Part shown: positions 1 to 14,083 of the stretch, piece by piece
How positions within the stretch are numbered: position 1 is the stretch's first letter
How the letters are laid out: the number at the start of each line of letters is the position of its first letter
Assembly (NCBI RefSeq): GCF_036321535.1
Contig: NC_087436.1
Coordinates: 13,516,001 to 13,580,000 of the forward strand
From: Camelus dromedarius
Lineage: Eukaryota
Direction: 5' to 3'
DNA: 64,000 nucleotides
Notes under the pieces: model-generated
Databases searched by the model: none
What the model was told of the DNA's origin: nothing
What the model saw: only the letters and a program-made list of their open reading frames with translations
Program-made: the position numbers and the translations under genes

Positions 1-3000
1 AATAAGTCAAATTTAACTTCCCCCTCCACAACCTCTTCTTCCTTGTATGAGCTGCTCTTACTGGGAGTTATTCCTCGCCAGCTGCTGCCCTTTTCATTCC
101 TCGGGCTATTTGGAAAGAAAAGACAATTAACCTCCCCCCCAAGTCCAGTAAATGATGAAGTTTTTCAGGCTCAGGTTACAGCTCTGACCATTCCCCTGGC
201 TGACTCTTCACCCAGAGGACATACTCCCAGGAGATTTGTCACTCTCATTTCACCTTAATAACATCTTAAGTATCTTCTTAGGATATGGACACAATAGCAA
301 CTAAGGGGAAACAATAAAGACTTTATCTCCCAAAACTTCTAAAGAAGTGGGACCCTGACTCAAGTCTTGCTGTGCAGAGATCACCCATGCCTTTCTCCAC
401 GTGAAACTTCCTTTGAGTTGATCTCTTAAGGTCATCCCCAGAACTATGGCCATTCCGGTAGAGGTCTTCAGGAAAACCTTAAACTGGTAAAGTCTAACTA
501 GTCCCTAAATTACCCGAAAACTGTTGTATAGCTTCTAAAATTTTCCTCCTTTTGAGATCCAGCCATATGTGTTGGCTATAAAACTTAAACATACAGAAGT
601 CATTTTATGCCAAGATATTAAAATTTTCAAATAGCCATATTTAGACAAAATGCCCAGCCCCCAGTTTTTTGTTTATAACCGTTTAGTTACTTAGAATAAC
701 TGAAATCTTTCCCCGCCTCCCTCACACACACACACAAAAAAAAGCTAAAATCAATAACGAACAATCCAAAATGCTGATACTCCATTTTTCTGATACTGTA
801 AAATAATGTGACTATGTGTTTTATTTCCATCTCTCCACCATTCCAACTGTTATATGATGGGCTGGGATTACTGCATTTATGGAATAAATTAGAAAAGCAG
901 CTCTATTTCCAGCACTCACACGTGCCACATATTTTCAGCAGTTATGTGGCTAAACACCAAAACTTATGCTCCTTTGAAACAAGGATAGAATAACAGGCAG
1001 AAAGGAACAGACTCAAGCCTCACCTTGATGCTGTTCTCCTCCCAATCACATGCAGCATCCTCCAAGTGATGCCAGAAGTATGTCCCAGTCCTGATGAACA
1101 GTGCCACAGCATAAAACAAGAAATAGCATATGCACGTTCTTGGCCCAACTGCATGGAGCTATGTCAAGGGCACATTTTGGGCCTCTTATTTTAAGTTTGT
1201 AAAGAAGCACAGAGTTCTCAAGGGTCCTGTAATGTGTTAGAAGGCGAGAATCTGTGGCCACAGTGACAATAGCTCCCTCTCCTTCCTGAAAGAAACTCTG
1301 CAGGCAATGGGCTAAGGGAAAACATCTGTCCTGGAAATGTGACCACACCACCAATTCCATCTGGCTCCAGGCCAGGCATCGTGCTAGACACAGTGATGGA
1401 ATAAAGATGTAATCATCCAATGAATGGGTCTCTGCTCTCCCAGCCTTGGCAATTGGTGAGTGATAGACATACGGGCCAGCACCTTGAACTCAGAGCAGTC
1501 TGGAATAGAGGCAAAAGCAAAAAAGTTCTGGGAACGCAGGGTTGAGAGAGGCGTGTTCCCACGCGGGATCTGGGAAAGCCTGGTGAGAGAACCAGGTTGG
1601 CCAGGCCCTTCGATGGGGGGTAAGGGATGGGACTTGTGCAGATACAAATGAGGACAGCCAAAGGGGGTTCTAAGCAGAGGGGGTGGCCCAGAAGTCGTTA
1701 TTTGTCCTTAACTGTAAGTGAGGGGAGTGACAGTACTCCTACCTCATCGGGTGGTTCTGAGGATGAAATACACAGAAAGTACCTGGCGTTGGGAGGCACT
1801 GTAAAAAGCTTTAGCTCTTATGGTGGTGGGGAGCATAAAAAGTAAGGCCAGAAAGGCACACTGGAAGGCTTTGTACCCCAGAAAATACTAACTGTGTCCT
1901 CTTGGCATTGCTTCTATAACTGATCTTGTTCCAAGCCCCCAGGTAGGACAACTCACTCAAGTCAAGAGAAAATAGAAATGTTAGTACTTCTCTTCCATGG
2001 GAATGTGACTCCTGGGGGACAGAGGTGCCATGCGATCTTGGCAATTAGCCTGAGATGGAGGGATTTTGATGGCAAGTCCTTGGTCCTAAAGGGAAATGAC
2101 AAATACAACTTCCACACCAGGACGGGGTTTCCTGGGGGCACCCCCATGAAGACAGGGCCTCCCACCCCACCCAGGGATGAGGGGCTGGTAGGGCAGTGCC
2201 GCAGCCCTGCGTTCTCAGATAAAACAATTACCCTCTTCCGACTTACATGTCTTCATCTGCAAACAGTAGATGCTCATGTCTGTTCTGGCAGGAAGGAGGG
2301 GGTCATTTTGAGGATTAAAGGATGTTGGACACATGTAGCTTGCTTAGCTCAGTGCCTGGCACACAGCGGGCATTTGAAAAATATTAACTCTTCCGATGTG
2401 AGAACGGTGGAGAGACCGGCTTTCCTGGGACAGGCTGATTTCTAACTTAGTAAAGGTAAGACTTCCTAAAGGAGACACCGGGGAAAGGAAAACAAGGAGA
2501 GGCAAGGGGAAGGACCCTCATCCAGGATTTAAATGTGGTTTTCCCTCCTGCTGAGAGGGGCCCCTGTGCTCAATAAACTAGAATGACCCTAGCTGAACTT
2601 CCAGGCTTGAAAGTATAGTTGGTCTTTAAAAGGAGCTCTTTTTCAAGATCAATTGTTCAGCAGAACTGAAGAGCTCGTGCTCCAAAGAGGCTCAGTCCTA
2701 AAAAACCCGCAGGGAAAACCGTGAAAAGTGGAGACCGACCGCCTCTCCACAGGGAGCAGGAGCCTCATACAGGCTGTTGTCTGATCGCTGCAACTCTGCT
2801 GCCTCCTCGACTTTAAATTAACCCGAAATCTGAGAACCTGAAAACTGAGCTCCAGCTAACAGTATTTAAATGAACCGGCTGTTATATGAACTTTAAACCA
2901 CATGTCATTTGGTCGTAGGGCTGCCCTGGGCCAACAGACATCAATACAGAGAGTTCCCAGCTTGCAAACGGATTGTGTTCCAAATGTGCATTTGGAAGGC

Positions 3001-3922
3001 TGTGGTTTGAAAGGCAGAATACACTTTCCCAAAGAAGTGACGTTATAAATGGTGATTAGGGCCACACGCCAGCTCACAAAACTCTGTGTAACCATAATAT
3101 AACTAAAGACTGCACATTTTTGCCAAAAATAGAAGTCAATAATGCTCCAGTGCTAATTATTACAGAATGAGATACACAATAAAGTTGTATAGCTTTCGTT
3201 TGTCTTGAGTACTAGTGATCAAGCAAAAGCAGATTTAATTAAGGGGAATGTAAAGGGCTACCCAGTGAGGCTGAGGGGCTGGGGAACACTGGGACTGGAG
3301 ACAGGAGCCCTGGCAGTTGGCAGTCAGACAGGCTTGCATGATTCCTGCCAACTCTAAGGAGCCAGCGTCTACACCTGAAGACCGACTATCACCCAGAGGA
3401 GGATGGGAGGTGGGGTTTGGGAGACCACTAAGAAGCAGTTAGCCTAGTGATCTCTACACGGCCACTCTGTCTCCCAAGGTAGAACCTGGTTTCAGTGTCC
3501 CTCTCCTTTCAGGGATGATCACCCCCATTAATGACCCAGTCTGCCCTGACCCCAAGAATCCCTGAAGTGCAGAACTTTTGATGCCTCTTTCAATTCTGAT
3601 TTCTGAGGCCAAGCAAGCTCTCGATCACTCACATTGCCTGGCTCGTTTTGAACCTGACACTTCTGCCCTCAGTTAAACCGAACCTGCTATCGCCACCCCT
3701 TCACAGAAGGGAGATCCCACCAGGTGCCTAATCTCTCTCCCTCCACCACCCTGCTCCACATGACCAGCACGGCACTGGGCTGAAGACATTCTGAGTCACC
3801 TATTTTAGCTGTACTGATAAGGATGCAATAGACATAGGAAAAAGAGGTGAGAAAGAGGAAAGTATCACAGGAGAAAAGAAAGTTACTTGGAGAAGATCAT
3901 TTATCAAGAATATGGTGGTCTT

Positions 3923-6095
3923 ACAAATAAACGTATTTACAAAACAAATGAACTTATTTACAAAACAGAAACAGACTCAGAGATGTAGAAAACAAATTTC
4001 TGTTTATGAGGAAAGAGGGTGGGAAGGGATAAATTGGGAGTTCAAGATTTGCAGATACTACTATACATAAAATAGATAAACAAGTTTCTTTTGTATAGCA
4101 CAGGGAACTATATGCAATATCTTGTAGTAACTATAATGAAAAAGAATATGAAAACAAATGTATGTATGTATATGTATGACTGAAACATTATGCTGTAGAC
4201 CAGAAATTGACACAACATTGTAAACTGACTATACTACAATAAATATATATGTATAAACACAAGTTCCTACCATATAACACAAGGAACTATATTCAATATC
4301 TTGTAATAGCCTATGATGAATAAGAACATGAAAAGGAATATATATACATACATATGTATAACTGAATCACTATGCTGTACACCAGAAATTAACACAACAT
4401 TGTAAACCAATTATACTTCAATTTAAAATAAATAAATATGAATAATCCTAAAATTTATATGGAATCACAAAAGACTCAGAATTGCAAAGCATTAGTGAAG
4501 AAAAAGAATGAAGCTGGAGGAATAATCATCTCAGATTTCAAATAATACTACAGAGCTACAGTAATCAAAACAGCATGGCATTGGTACAAAAACAGACATA
4601 TGGATCAATGGAACAGAATAGAGAGCCCAGAAATAAATCCACAAACTTTTGATCAATTAATCTTTGACAAAGGAGGCAAGAACATACAATGGAGCAAAGA
4701 CAATCTCTTCAGCAAATGGTGTTGGAGTAACTGAACAGCTGCATGTAAATCGACGTAGTTAGAATAATCCCTCACACCATACACAACAATAAGCTCAAAA
4801 TGGCTTAAAGACTTAGACATAAGACAAGACACTATAAACCTCTTAGAAGAAAACATAGGCAAAACATTATCTGACATAAATCTCAGCAATGTTCTCCTAG
4901 GGCAGTCTACCCAGGCAATAGAAATAAAAGCAAAAATAAACAAATGGGACCTAATTAAACTTATAAGCTTTTGCAAAGTAAAGGAAACCATGAGCAAAAC
5001 AAACAAACAAACAAAAAACAACCTGGGGAATGGGAGAAAAGATCTGCAAAAGATGGGACTGACAAGGGCTTAATTTCCAGAATATATAAACAGCTCATAT
5101 AACTTAATAACAAGAAAGCAAACAACCCAATCCAAAAATGGGCAGAAGACCTAAACAAGCAATTCCCCAATGAAGACATACAAATGGCCAATAGGCACAT
5201 GAAAAAATGCTCAATATCACTAATTATCAGAGAAATGCAAATCAAAACTACAATAAGGTATCACCTCACACCAGTCAGAATGACCATCATTAAAAAGTCC
5301 ACAAATGATAGATGCTGAAGAGGGTGTGGAGAACAGGGAAGCCTCCTACACTGTTGGTGGGAATGTAGTTTGGTACAGCCATTATGGAAAACAGTATGGA
5401 GATTCCTCAAAAGACTAAAACTAGACTTACCATGTGATCCAGCCATCCCACTCCTGGGTATATATCTGGAGGAAACTCTAATTCAAAAAAATATATGCAC
5501 CCCAATGTTCATAGCAGCACTATTTACAATAGCCAAGACATGGAAGCAACCTAAATGTCCATCAACAGATGACTGGATAAAGAATACAACTCAGCCATAA
5601 AAAAGGATAAAATAATGCCTTTTGCAGCAACATGGATAAGACTGGAGAATGCCATTCAAAATGAAGTGAGCCAGAAAGAGAAAGAAAAGTACTATACGAT
5701 ATGTGGAATCTAAAGGAAAAAAAAAAAAAAAAGGACAAATGAACTTATTTACAAAGCAGAAACAGACTCACAGACATAGAAAACAAACTTATGGTTACCA
5801 GGCAGGGAAAGGTGGTGGGAAGGGAGAAATTGGGAGTTCAAGATTTGCAGATACTAACTAATACATACAAAATAGAAAAACAACAAGCTTCTACTGTATA
5901 GCGCAGGGAACTATATTCAATATATTGTAGTAACTTATGAAAAAGAATATGAAAACGAATATATGTATGTTCCTATATGACTGAAGCATTGTGCTGTACA
6001 CCAGAAATTGACACAACATTGTAAACTCACTATACTTCAGTAAAAATATATAAAATAAAAATAAATATATAAAAAAAATTAGTTAATTTTTTAAA
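3923..6095 (+). mobile_element. Composite of three 5'-truncated L1 3' ends; the last includes the ORF2 C-terminal region
   Basis: ORF2 C-terminal peptides ([22 protein letters not shown]); repeated L1 3' UTR motif; 17-bp TSD aagaatatggtggtctt at 3906-3922 and 6096-6112. Confidence 0.9.
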
Positions 6096-6909
6096 AAGAA
6101 TATGGTGGTCTTTTGCAAGATCAAACCCTTAGGTGGCACTGTCAGCCTAAGGCAGTTTGGCTGGGAGAAAGGGGAAGAATTAAGAGGTGGTCAGAGAATG
6201 GGTGGAAAGGCTGAAGGGGTCCACTTTGCATTCAGTAATTTAACATATACAAGGCATCCCTGTAAAGCGTGCACTCTCAAAGAAGTCTTCTATGCAAAGG
6301 TACAATAATTAATTCTCTTCAAATTACAAAAACATCTCATAACTTTCTTTCTTCTGATTGATTAGTTTACATCCCTGGACCATTTTCTACTGATTTTGAT
6401 TTTTTTAAAGTTTATTTCTAACAATTCTGTTTATTCTGAGCACTAATTTTCTGACAGCTAGACATAGGCAAATATATTTTCCTCGTCCATGGCTTGCTTC
6501 TTTTTAGGTAACTTTCCGTTGTGTGGAAATTTTACGTTTTAACATAGACTAATTTATTAATCTTCTTTATAGTTTGTTCTTTTTGAGTTTTGTTTAATAT
6601 ATCTTTACTATCTTTTTTCTTTTTTGAAATATATATCTTTACTCTCTTGAGATGATAAAGATATTATTTTAAATCATCTTCTTAAAGTTTTGCTTTTTAA
6701 ACCACCTGCTTTGACTCGGTATGCTGCAATGTTTTTTTTCAGATGGATAAGCTAATTACTAACTAGCCCATCCTTTCCCTGTGGATTTGCCCTTCTTCTC
6801 CTAAAATTGGTTTCCTATAAATACTAGGAATATTTGGAATCTTTTTGCTTTGTCCTATGGAACTACTTCTCAGTTCCCATACCATATACCATATTTGTCT
6901 AGCTAGTCT

Positions 6910-7046
6910 GTTTTTTAAATTTAATTATTTGGGGGGAGGTAATTACATTGATCGACTGATTGATTTAATGGAGGTACAGGGGGTTGAACCCAGGACCTTG
7001 TGCATGCCAGGCACGTGCTCTACAACTAAGCTATACCCTCCCCTCA
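6910..7046 (-). mobile_element. tRNA-Ala-derived SINE (Vic-1-like)
   Basis: A/B-box head, A-rich tail, 13-bp TSD gtctagctagtct at 6897-6909 and 7047-7059. Confidence 0.88.
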
Positions 7047-8199
7047 GTCTAGCTAGTCTTGATGCCATTTTGTTTTTCAAGCACCTTCTTGACATTAGCT
7101 CATTTCTTCTATTACATCATTACTATCACCTCGGGGTTCTAAACCAAGAGAGGACAGGAGGGGGCACAGACTATGGCTAATATGCTGAAGAGATTACAGC
7201 TAAATAACAGGACAATGATTCCTCCATCCCACATTTATGACAGTCAGCCACCAACCATTTGATTTGGGAAACAAAGTTGCAAATTAAATAACTTTGGTTA
7301 GGTGAATGACTCCAGACAGAATGGTATAAACTTACTGGGACAAAAGGAATCAGTTCTACCCACCAGGAATTTGGTCACAAAAGGAACTGGGTATGACAGG
7401 AGAATAACTTAGAGCAAATCTCTCATTACCTACCATGAGGATGAGAAATAGACTTTTTAATTGTGGAGCTGAAGCCAGAAGGAAGAAAACCAACCACCTC
7501 TGGGTTTATGTGTGTCTCCAATGAAATCTGTAGATATTTCCGGTGTCAATGAACCAGGAAACTTCTGGATTTTTTTTTTTTTTTTTTTGGAGGGGGAGGA
7601 GAGACTGATTCAGAAGAAGCCAGAATTTGAGGACATCCTGGGCCAGAGAGAAAAAGTGGCCTTTGCCACGTGAAGCCAGGCCAGAAGCCAGGCAGCATGT
7701 GCAAATAAACTCATTATCTTTGTTCCCTCCAAATCTGCAGCACCTTCCAGGGCTCCATTGTCAGAGGTGGCAGCACTGTCTGCCTGAATGCCCCGCTGCT
7801 CAAGCAACATGTCACCTGGGCACATCCTTGAATGTCAGTTAAGCCCTATAGAATCTGTCACCTAAGTCGCTCAGCTCCATCCACATCCTCCCACCTCCCC
7901 CCACCCCATCCCTGCACAGACACTTATACCACCAGGGTCACTGCCACCTTCAGCGGGAACCACTGCAAGAGACTTCTGGCCAGTCCCCTGCACTGGGTCA
8001 TAGTTGAGCTCCCTCCCCCACCCCACCCCCACCCACACACACTACCCTGAAGCCAGAAGGCAAATCCAGAAATGTCATTTCTTACCTACGACTCTGGAAT
8101 GACTTCCCACGCTCCTTAGGGTACAGTCTAAACAATTTAACAGGATTTGCACAGACTTTGATCTGAACCCTGCTGACCTTTGCAGCCACTTTCCTGAGT

Positions 8200-8435
8200 G
8201 GTTCTGAGCCCAGGCGGTGGGGTCAGTCTCCTCTGGGTTCAAATTCCCACTGCATCACCCAGTAGCTTTCAAACTTGGAAAAACGTCTGCCCCTCTCCAT
8301 GTTTCAGTGTCGTCACCTGTAAAATGGAGATAATATCACCTACCTCTTTGGGTTGTTGTGAGGACTGAATGAGCTAACCCAGTGAAGTCCTTGGAACAGG
8401 ACCTGGTACACAGGAAGCATTTTAGCAGTGCCAGC
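8200..8435 (+). mobile_element. MIR SINE
   Basis: ctgggttcaaat B-box remnant and core cacctgtaaaatgg...gggttgttgtgaggactgaatgag. Confidence 0.75.
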
Positions 8436-8554
8436 TGTGACTCCTATTTCAGTTTCTCCAGTTCCTGGTTTTCTCCAGCTTCCAGGCCCTTGCCTCCCCT
8501 GTTGCCTCCATCCAGAACATTCTCTCCATCACCATCCCACAGAGCAATCTGTGA

Positions 8555-8717
8555 TGTGAGCAGCCAGAACAGCACTACCTGGGAACTTGCGAAGAAAAGA
8601 AATTCTCAGGGCCCATCCCAGGCCTATTCCCTCAGAAACCAGGATCCAGCGCAGCAATCCGAGTTTCGGTAGCCCAGCCAGGGGCTTCTGATGCACGCCA
8701 AGGCTGGAAAAGCACTC
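8555..8717. mobile_element. MER5A-type hAT element
   Basis: cctgggaacttg, aattctcagggccc and ttctgatgcacgc motifs. Confidence 0.6.
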
Positions 8718-9459
8718 ACCGCAGTAAATCGTACTGCATGTTTATTTGTCTCTTCCCCTTGCTAGGCTTGAAGTTCCACAATGGCAGGGACACGGCCCTG
8801 GTGTCAGTCAGTCTCCACTGGTAGCTCCTCTATAAGGAAGAGCAACCTACCATACTGAAAAACAACAACAATTCACAAACTGGAGTCGAATAAGCCTTAT
8901 TTTGTAAGTCAGACTGTCTCCTGTGTCTCTCTTTGTCTGTCGCCCTGAATTCGCACCCAAGGATTCCTAAAAGCTTGCAAAAGTGTTCCAGCTTGTTCCC
9001 AGCCATGAGTCCAGGACTGGGCCCCAGATCAAGGGGGTGGTGGGGACCCCGAAAGTGGAGGGGACCAAGGCAGGCGGTGGGTGATCTCTCAGGGGAAGGC
9101 CTATGTCCTGGAGTGGCATGGGGACCTAGAGGTCTGCCTTCTCCCCACAGGGGAGTTTCTCTCCTTTGTCATCTGTGCAGGAGCCAAGTGGGACTCTACC
9201 AGGGAGCTGTCCCACGTCTCTGAGACTGCAGATACGGAGTAAGAAGGGGCCCGGGGCAGAGAAAGGCACCCGACTGGGCAGGCAGCAAAGGTTCAGTTCC
9301 CCCCAGCCCTCCCGCGACAGCGGGACCCCCCACCTAAACGCCTGTCTTCTGATAAACGCTTCTGAGGGAAACTGCTAAGGGGAAAACGTCCTTTCTGATC
9401 CTCGCCCCTCTCTCCGCTCCATTTCTCACCCTTCCGACTCCCCACATCTCCTCCCGCAC

Positions 9460-10250
9460 TGTCATCTGGGCGGAGCGCAGGACATTTTACCGGCGAGGGT
9501 GGCTGTGAGGATGGCTTCCCGGCAGAGGGCCCCGATACCCAGAGGGTCTCATCAGCAGTGATGGTGACGATCACGAGCGTCCTTCCGCTGGAGGAGGCCA
9601 CAGCGCGAGCGAGGAACCCGGGCGGGCGCGCCGAGAGGCTCCCGGCGTGGGTACGGGTACCTCGCACACTGCCTGGGGAGGGGAGCCCGCTTGGCCGCCG
9701 CAGGCTCGGTTCCCGCCAGCCGCCGGCGCGCCCGGGAGGCCCCCTCTTTCGGACTCCGAGACCCTCGGTGCGCCAGACACATGGCGGCGGGGGCGGCGCC
9801 GGGGCCGGAGGCGCCCCCCCAGCACGAGCAGGTACCCTGCGCGGGGCGCGGGGCGCGGGCGCGCAGGGGTGGGGGACACCGGGCCGGGGTCCGAGGCTCG
9901 CACACCCGGGCTGGGGGGCTGGACAGATAGGTCCCCAAGGCCCCAGCCCCAGCCGGTGTGAACCGGCCCGGGATGGGGGGCCAGATGACCTTCTGAAGGT
10001 GCTGTTGCTTCGCCTCACCCCGCTCACTCTAGGAGGCCGAGCTCCACTCCATTTCTCTCTCCCTTTTTCTTTTTCCTCTCCCATTCCTCCTCCCCTTCCC
10101 CTGCTTTCCCCCTTCCTCCGTCCTCTTCCTTCCCACCTGCTCTGTTGATCTAGGATGAGGCTTGTCCTGCTCACCCCTGTGCATTCATTCCCTGCCCTCC
10201 GTACTGGCTGCACCCCCTCTCCTCCGCGCTCCCGGGCGGATGCCCCGGGG
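9460..10250. promoter_or_regulatory. CpG island / TATA-less promoter of RNF175
   Basis: Very GC- and CpG-dense stretch with GGGCGG boxes spanning the start codon, against a CpG-poor background. Confidence 0.85.
9781..9831 (+). CDS. RNF175: RNF175 coding exon 1 (MAAGAAPGPEAPPQHEQ)
   Basis: ATG inside CpG island; 17 codons resembling the RNF175 N-terminus (EAPPQxEQ); GT donor at 9832, phase 0, matching exon 2. Confidence 0.88.
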
Positions 10251-10317
10251 GCCCAGGTGAAGGCCGGGGCATAATAGGAGGACAGCTGAGGGACATTGGG
10301 TGTACATCGGGCTTGAC

Positions 10318-10501
10318 TCTATGGTTCTCAAACTGGAGCCTGCGTCAGAGCCACTCGGATCGGATCGTTGGTTAAAACGCAGATGGATGGCTGGGCTCTG
10401 CCCCCAGGGTCTCTAAGCCTCATTTCTGGAATGGGGCCTGATGGTTTGCAAGTCTGTCTCGTTCCCAGGAGGTGCTTCTGCTTGAACTTTGAGAACCACT
10501 G
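10318..10501. mobile_element. MER5A-type hAT element
   Basis: tggttctcaaac / tttgagaaccactg inverted termini. Confidence 0.7.
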
Positions 10502-11319
10502 AGCTCGCCACGTTCTTCCTCCTGCTGGTGATGATTTCAAACCCAATCATTAATTTATTTTTCACTGACAGGACAATTCTTGCGCCATGATCTTGTACTA
10601 GGAGTTGTGCTATGCTTGGGGTGGGGGGGGGGATGCAATTAGAGGTGGATCTTTCCTCTGGGAGCTCACCTTCTGGAAAGAAAGCAAAACAAGGACAAAA
10701 ATAACTCCTATAGGGTAGGAAGAAATGACTGTCCCAAGTGAAGCTTTGTAGAATTTCTAAGAGGCAAGGGATTGCTCCTGGCAGGGGGGATGGGCAAGGC
10801 TGATGGGGGCGTGACATTTAAGCTAGGCCTTGGAAGTTGGGGGAGATCTGACCTCGTGGTGGTGAGGGCCAATGAGGATTCTAGATGAGGTAAGGACAGT
10901 ACCAGATTGCTTGGAGGTGAAGAAAACTGTTGGGGGGTGGTGACCATGGGGATCGGGGGAACAGAGTGGTATTCACTATGACTCAGGTAGAAATTCAGGG
11001 CTCAGGAAGGCCTGTAGTAAAAGGCTGCAGCAGGCCACACAGTGCACTTGGAAGTTACTCTCTAAAATGGAAAAACTAAAAGGAAACTCCATGGCTTTCT
11101 TGCTGGTCTCAAATCCAGACCATCCAAAGTGGATTACGGATGAAGAACTTTGCACACCAGGAGGGGCGGGAGACTGGCAGAGTCACTTCTGCTGCTGCTC
11201 TAGCTGCTCCCTTATGGCTGACATCACTGCCTTGCTGTTGCCTTCAGGAGGCATGGCCTCTCTGTTAAGTCCGCCCTGGGAGGGACTCAGCTTTTCCCTT
11301 AGACCCCCATGGCAAGGTG

Positions 11320-11471
11320 GTGTGTTCCAAGGACCACCGGAAGCCAAGATGTCACCTGGGAGCCAATTAGAAATCAGATTCTGAGTCCCCATCTCAGACC
11401 TACTGAATTAAAATCTGCATTGCAACCAGACCCCTGGGTGACAGCACATCAAAAGTTGAGAAGTGCTGGTT
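11320..11471. mobile_element. MER5-type hAT element
   Basis: tcacctggga, cagacctactgaat and ttgagaagtgctg motifs. Confidence 0.65.
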
Positions 11472-12331
11472 TAAACCAGACTTTACAAGAGCTGAGGATA
11501 ACAAAAGGAAAAGAGAGAGAGTTTCCAACCACCCCATAAAAACTTTCTGATCGCCTATATATCATCCTCTCACCCTAAACCTCACCTTATTTTATTTTCC
11601 TTATCTCCATCGCCACCTGAAGTGGTCTGTTGGTGAGTTTGTTTCTCTGAGAGCCTCCATCACCTCGGGAGGTCCAGGGGAGCAGACACATCATCTACTT
11701 TGCTAGCTACAACAGTTTCAGCACTGAAAACAGCCTGGAAAATGGCAGGGCCTCTGTAAATATTCACTGACAGAATGAATGAGTGGACAAATGAGCAGAC
11801 AACTCCATGACGTGGGTCACGGTTGGCCCAGCTCCCCTCCGACCTCTCTGTAGCAGACACCATCACCCTATTCCCCATCCATCCTCCTCCCCCCAGCTCA
11901 GGCACACCCCCACGGCCTACTGAGCCAGCCATGCCTGGCGTGCTCTTGAGAATCCTCAAAGTTGGAGTACAAGAGAGCGGTGAGTGTGGATTCCGGGGTC
12001 CTCTTATCTGCTTCTCTGAGGTCTGCTTTGCAGGCTCTGGTTTCCCCCGAGAGGACCCACCTCTGCCCCAAACCTGCTCTCTGCCTTGGGGGAGGTCACA
12101 CACACCCAACTCCCCTCTGTGCACGGGAATTCTGCCCTCCTCCTCTAACACAAATTCCACGTCACTGAACACAGTGCTCTAAACCTAACACCCTCTCCTC
12201 CGGCTCACGAGTGTCTTAGGGACATCAGTAGTTTGCATTTACTGTTCTGGCTTTACCACTCCTTGTAGCAAGATTTTTCTAACAAATGGATTGTCATGAG
12301 GGAGGAGTTGAAAGTGAAAGGGAGCAGCTGG

Positions 12332-12470
12332 GATAGGTGGAGGGTATAGCGCAGTGCTTAGCATGTATGGGGTCCTGGGTTCGATCCCCAGGACCTCCAT
12401 CCATCAATCAATAAACCTACTTACCTCCCCCACACCTCCCCCCCCAAATAAAAGGTTGAAAAAAAAGAAA
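12332..12470 (+). mobile_element. tRNA-derived SINE with a small internal deletion
   Basis: ggagggtatagc...ggttcgatcccca head; TSD aaagggagca(g/a)ctgg. Confidence 0.85.
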
Positions 12471-13029
12471 AAAGGGAGCAACTGGGGTGAGAAATGATGA
12501 GGGTCTATCCTGGGAGGGTGGTGCTCTTCAAATACATCAACTGAGTGTGTGTCAAGCCAGGCGGGAGCTCAGGGGTGGGGTGTGGCCCAGCCCTGCCTAC
12601 CTGCAGATTCAGACACAGAAATAAACCATCAGTGACTTGCAGTGTGGCAACAGTGGGCAGGGACCCATGGGCCAATGGAGGGGCCTAACCCGAAGGGCTT
12701 CCTGGAGGAAGTGGGCCCAGGGTCACCCAGAGGGAGGCTCAGGGTACAGGAAAAGCATTCAGGGGACAGAAGTTTCTGCTTGGTTGAGGCAGAGTGTGTG
12801 CAGGGGCCGCCGAGGGAAGCCTAGCCGAAAAGGGACACAGGCCTGATGAGGTATGTTAACAAGGGCAGCTGCTTGGATTATGAGCAGAGGCAGGATAATA
12901 TGATCAGTCGGCTTTTGATATGATAACCTGGCTGTTTGAAAAGGGGGAAAGGCGAAGGCAAGGTCCTAGGGAGGAGGGGAGCGCCGCATGCCTGGTTCCA
13001 TCTCTCCTCAGCTCTGAGCGCCTTCCTCC

Positions 13030-13560
13030 GCCACCCACCTACAGAGTAACAGCCCCTCCCCCGCAGGTTATGCTTTATCACGTTGTGTTTATTTCCTTCT
13101 AGAATTTGCTACATTAGGTAATTGGTTTGTTTACTTGTTTATTGTCCACACTTTCATGAGAACAGAACCTTGTCGGTCTTACTCACCATCATATGCCCGC
13201 CCCTATCCAGTGCCTGGCACACAGGTCGGAGGCAATAAATATTTGTTGAAGGAATAAAAAAATGGATGGCGTAGAGGCCATAGAGGTGGCAAGAAGTGGT
13301 TTGCAAAGTATTTAGAGGTAGGGGCAACAAGGTCTAAGTGGAGGGTTATGTCAATTATGGTGCCCCCAGTTTCTGTGTTGAGCAATTGGGTGGATGGGAT
13401 GTGGGGCAAATGAGTGAGACGGCAGGCAACAAAATGGGAGCAGTTTGGGGGAAAATTCATGTGTTCAGTTCGGAGCAGGTTGAGTTCCTGTGTCTGAGGG
13501 CCATCCAGGTGGAGATGTGTTGGAGGCACTTGTACAGAGGAATCCAGAGCTCAGAAGTGA
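13030..13560. mobile_element. L2 remnants (3' end on +, second fragment on -)
   Basis: cagtgcctggcacaca...caataaatatttgttgaa; ccatccaggtggagatgt. Confidence 0.65.
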
Positions 13561-14083
13561 GACTTGGCTGGCAGAGAGGAGGGGTGGTTGGGATGATGAT
13601 GCACGGATAGGCAGGAAAGTTCGTGGCAATTCTAGACGAGGAGCAGGAATAAGGAGCGGGCAGACAAACACGATGGCCTGATTTCTTAAAGTGACGTGTG
13701 TTCACGTTGAATACATTTGATGTAGACAAGTGTGAAAAAGAAGTAAATATCCCAAGACAGAGCATCACCCATGGACCATTCCTGCTGACATTTCAGTAAC
13801 CGCTCTGGACGGATCTCTCTTCTGGATGGCTCTGTCCTTCATTCTGTGTAACTACACATTTACATGAATAGGCTCATCTATGCCAACTGTTTACGGAGGA
13901 CCCTTTTTCTCCTAATGATATGTTGTGGAAATATCTCTGCGTCAATGGATAAGGCTCTGCACGATCATTTTAAAGATCTATATGGATTTCCTTTGTGTAG
14001 AGATAACATAATTCATTAACGAATCCCCCGCGATGGACACCTAGATTGTTGACAATTTTTCAGAAATATAAATAAAACGACAT

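Noticed and set aside
1046..2445. Cluster of 60-155 aa ORFs upstream of RNF175
   Set aside because: No recognisable protein similarity; partly overlaps MIR remnants
4653..5446. Hydrophobic minus-strand ORFs
   Set aside because: Antisense translations of L1 ORF2
9832..9840. gtaccctgc as a third U12 donor
   Set aside because: Deviates from GTATCCTT, and the intron ends in a typical U2 poly-T tract with no U12 branch site
9293..10213. Long overlapping ORFs (306, 196 and 128 aa) on both strands
   Set aside because: Low-complexity Arg/Gly/Pro-rich frames expected from stop-codon scarcity in a CpG island; only 9781-9831 fits the gene model
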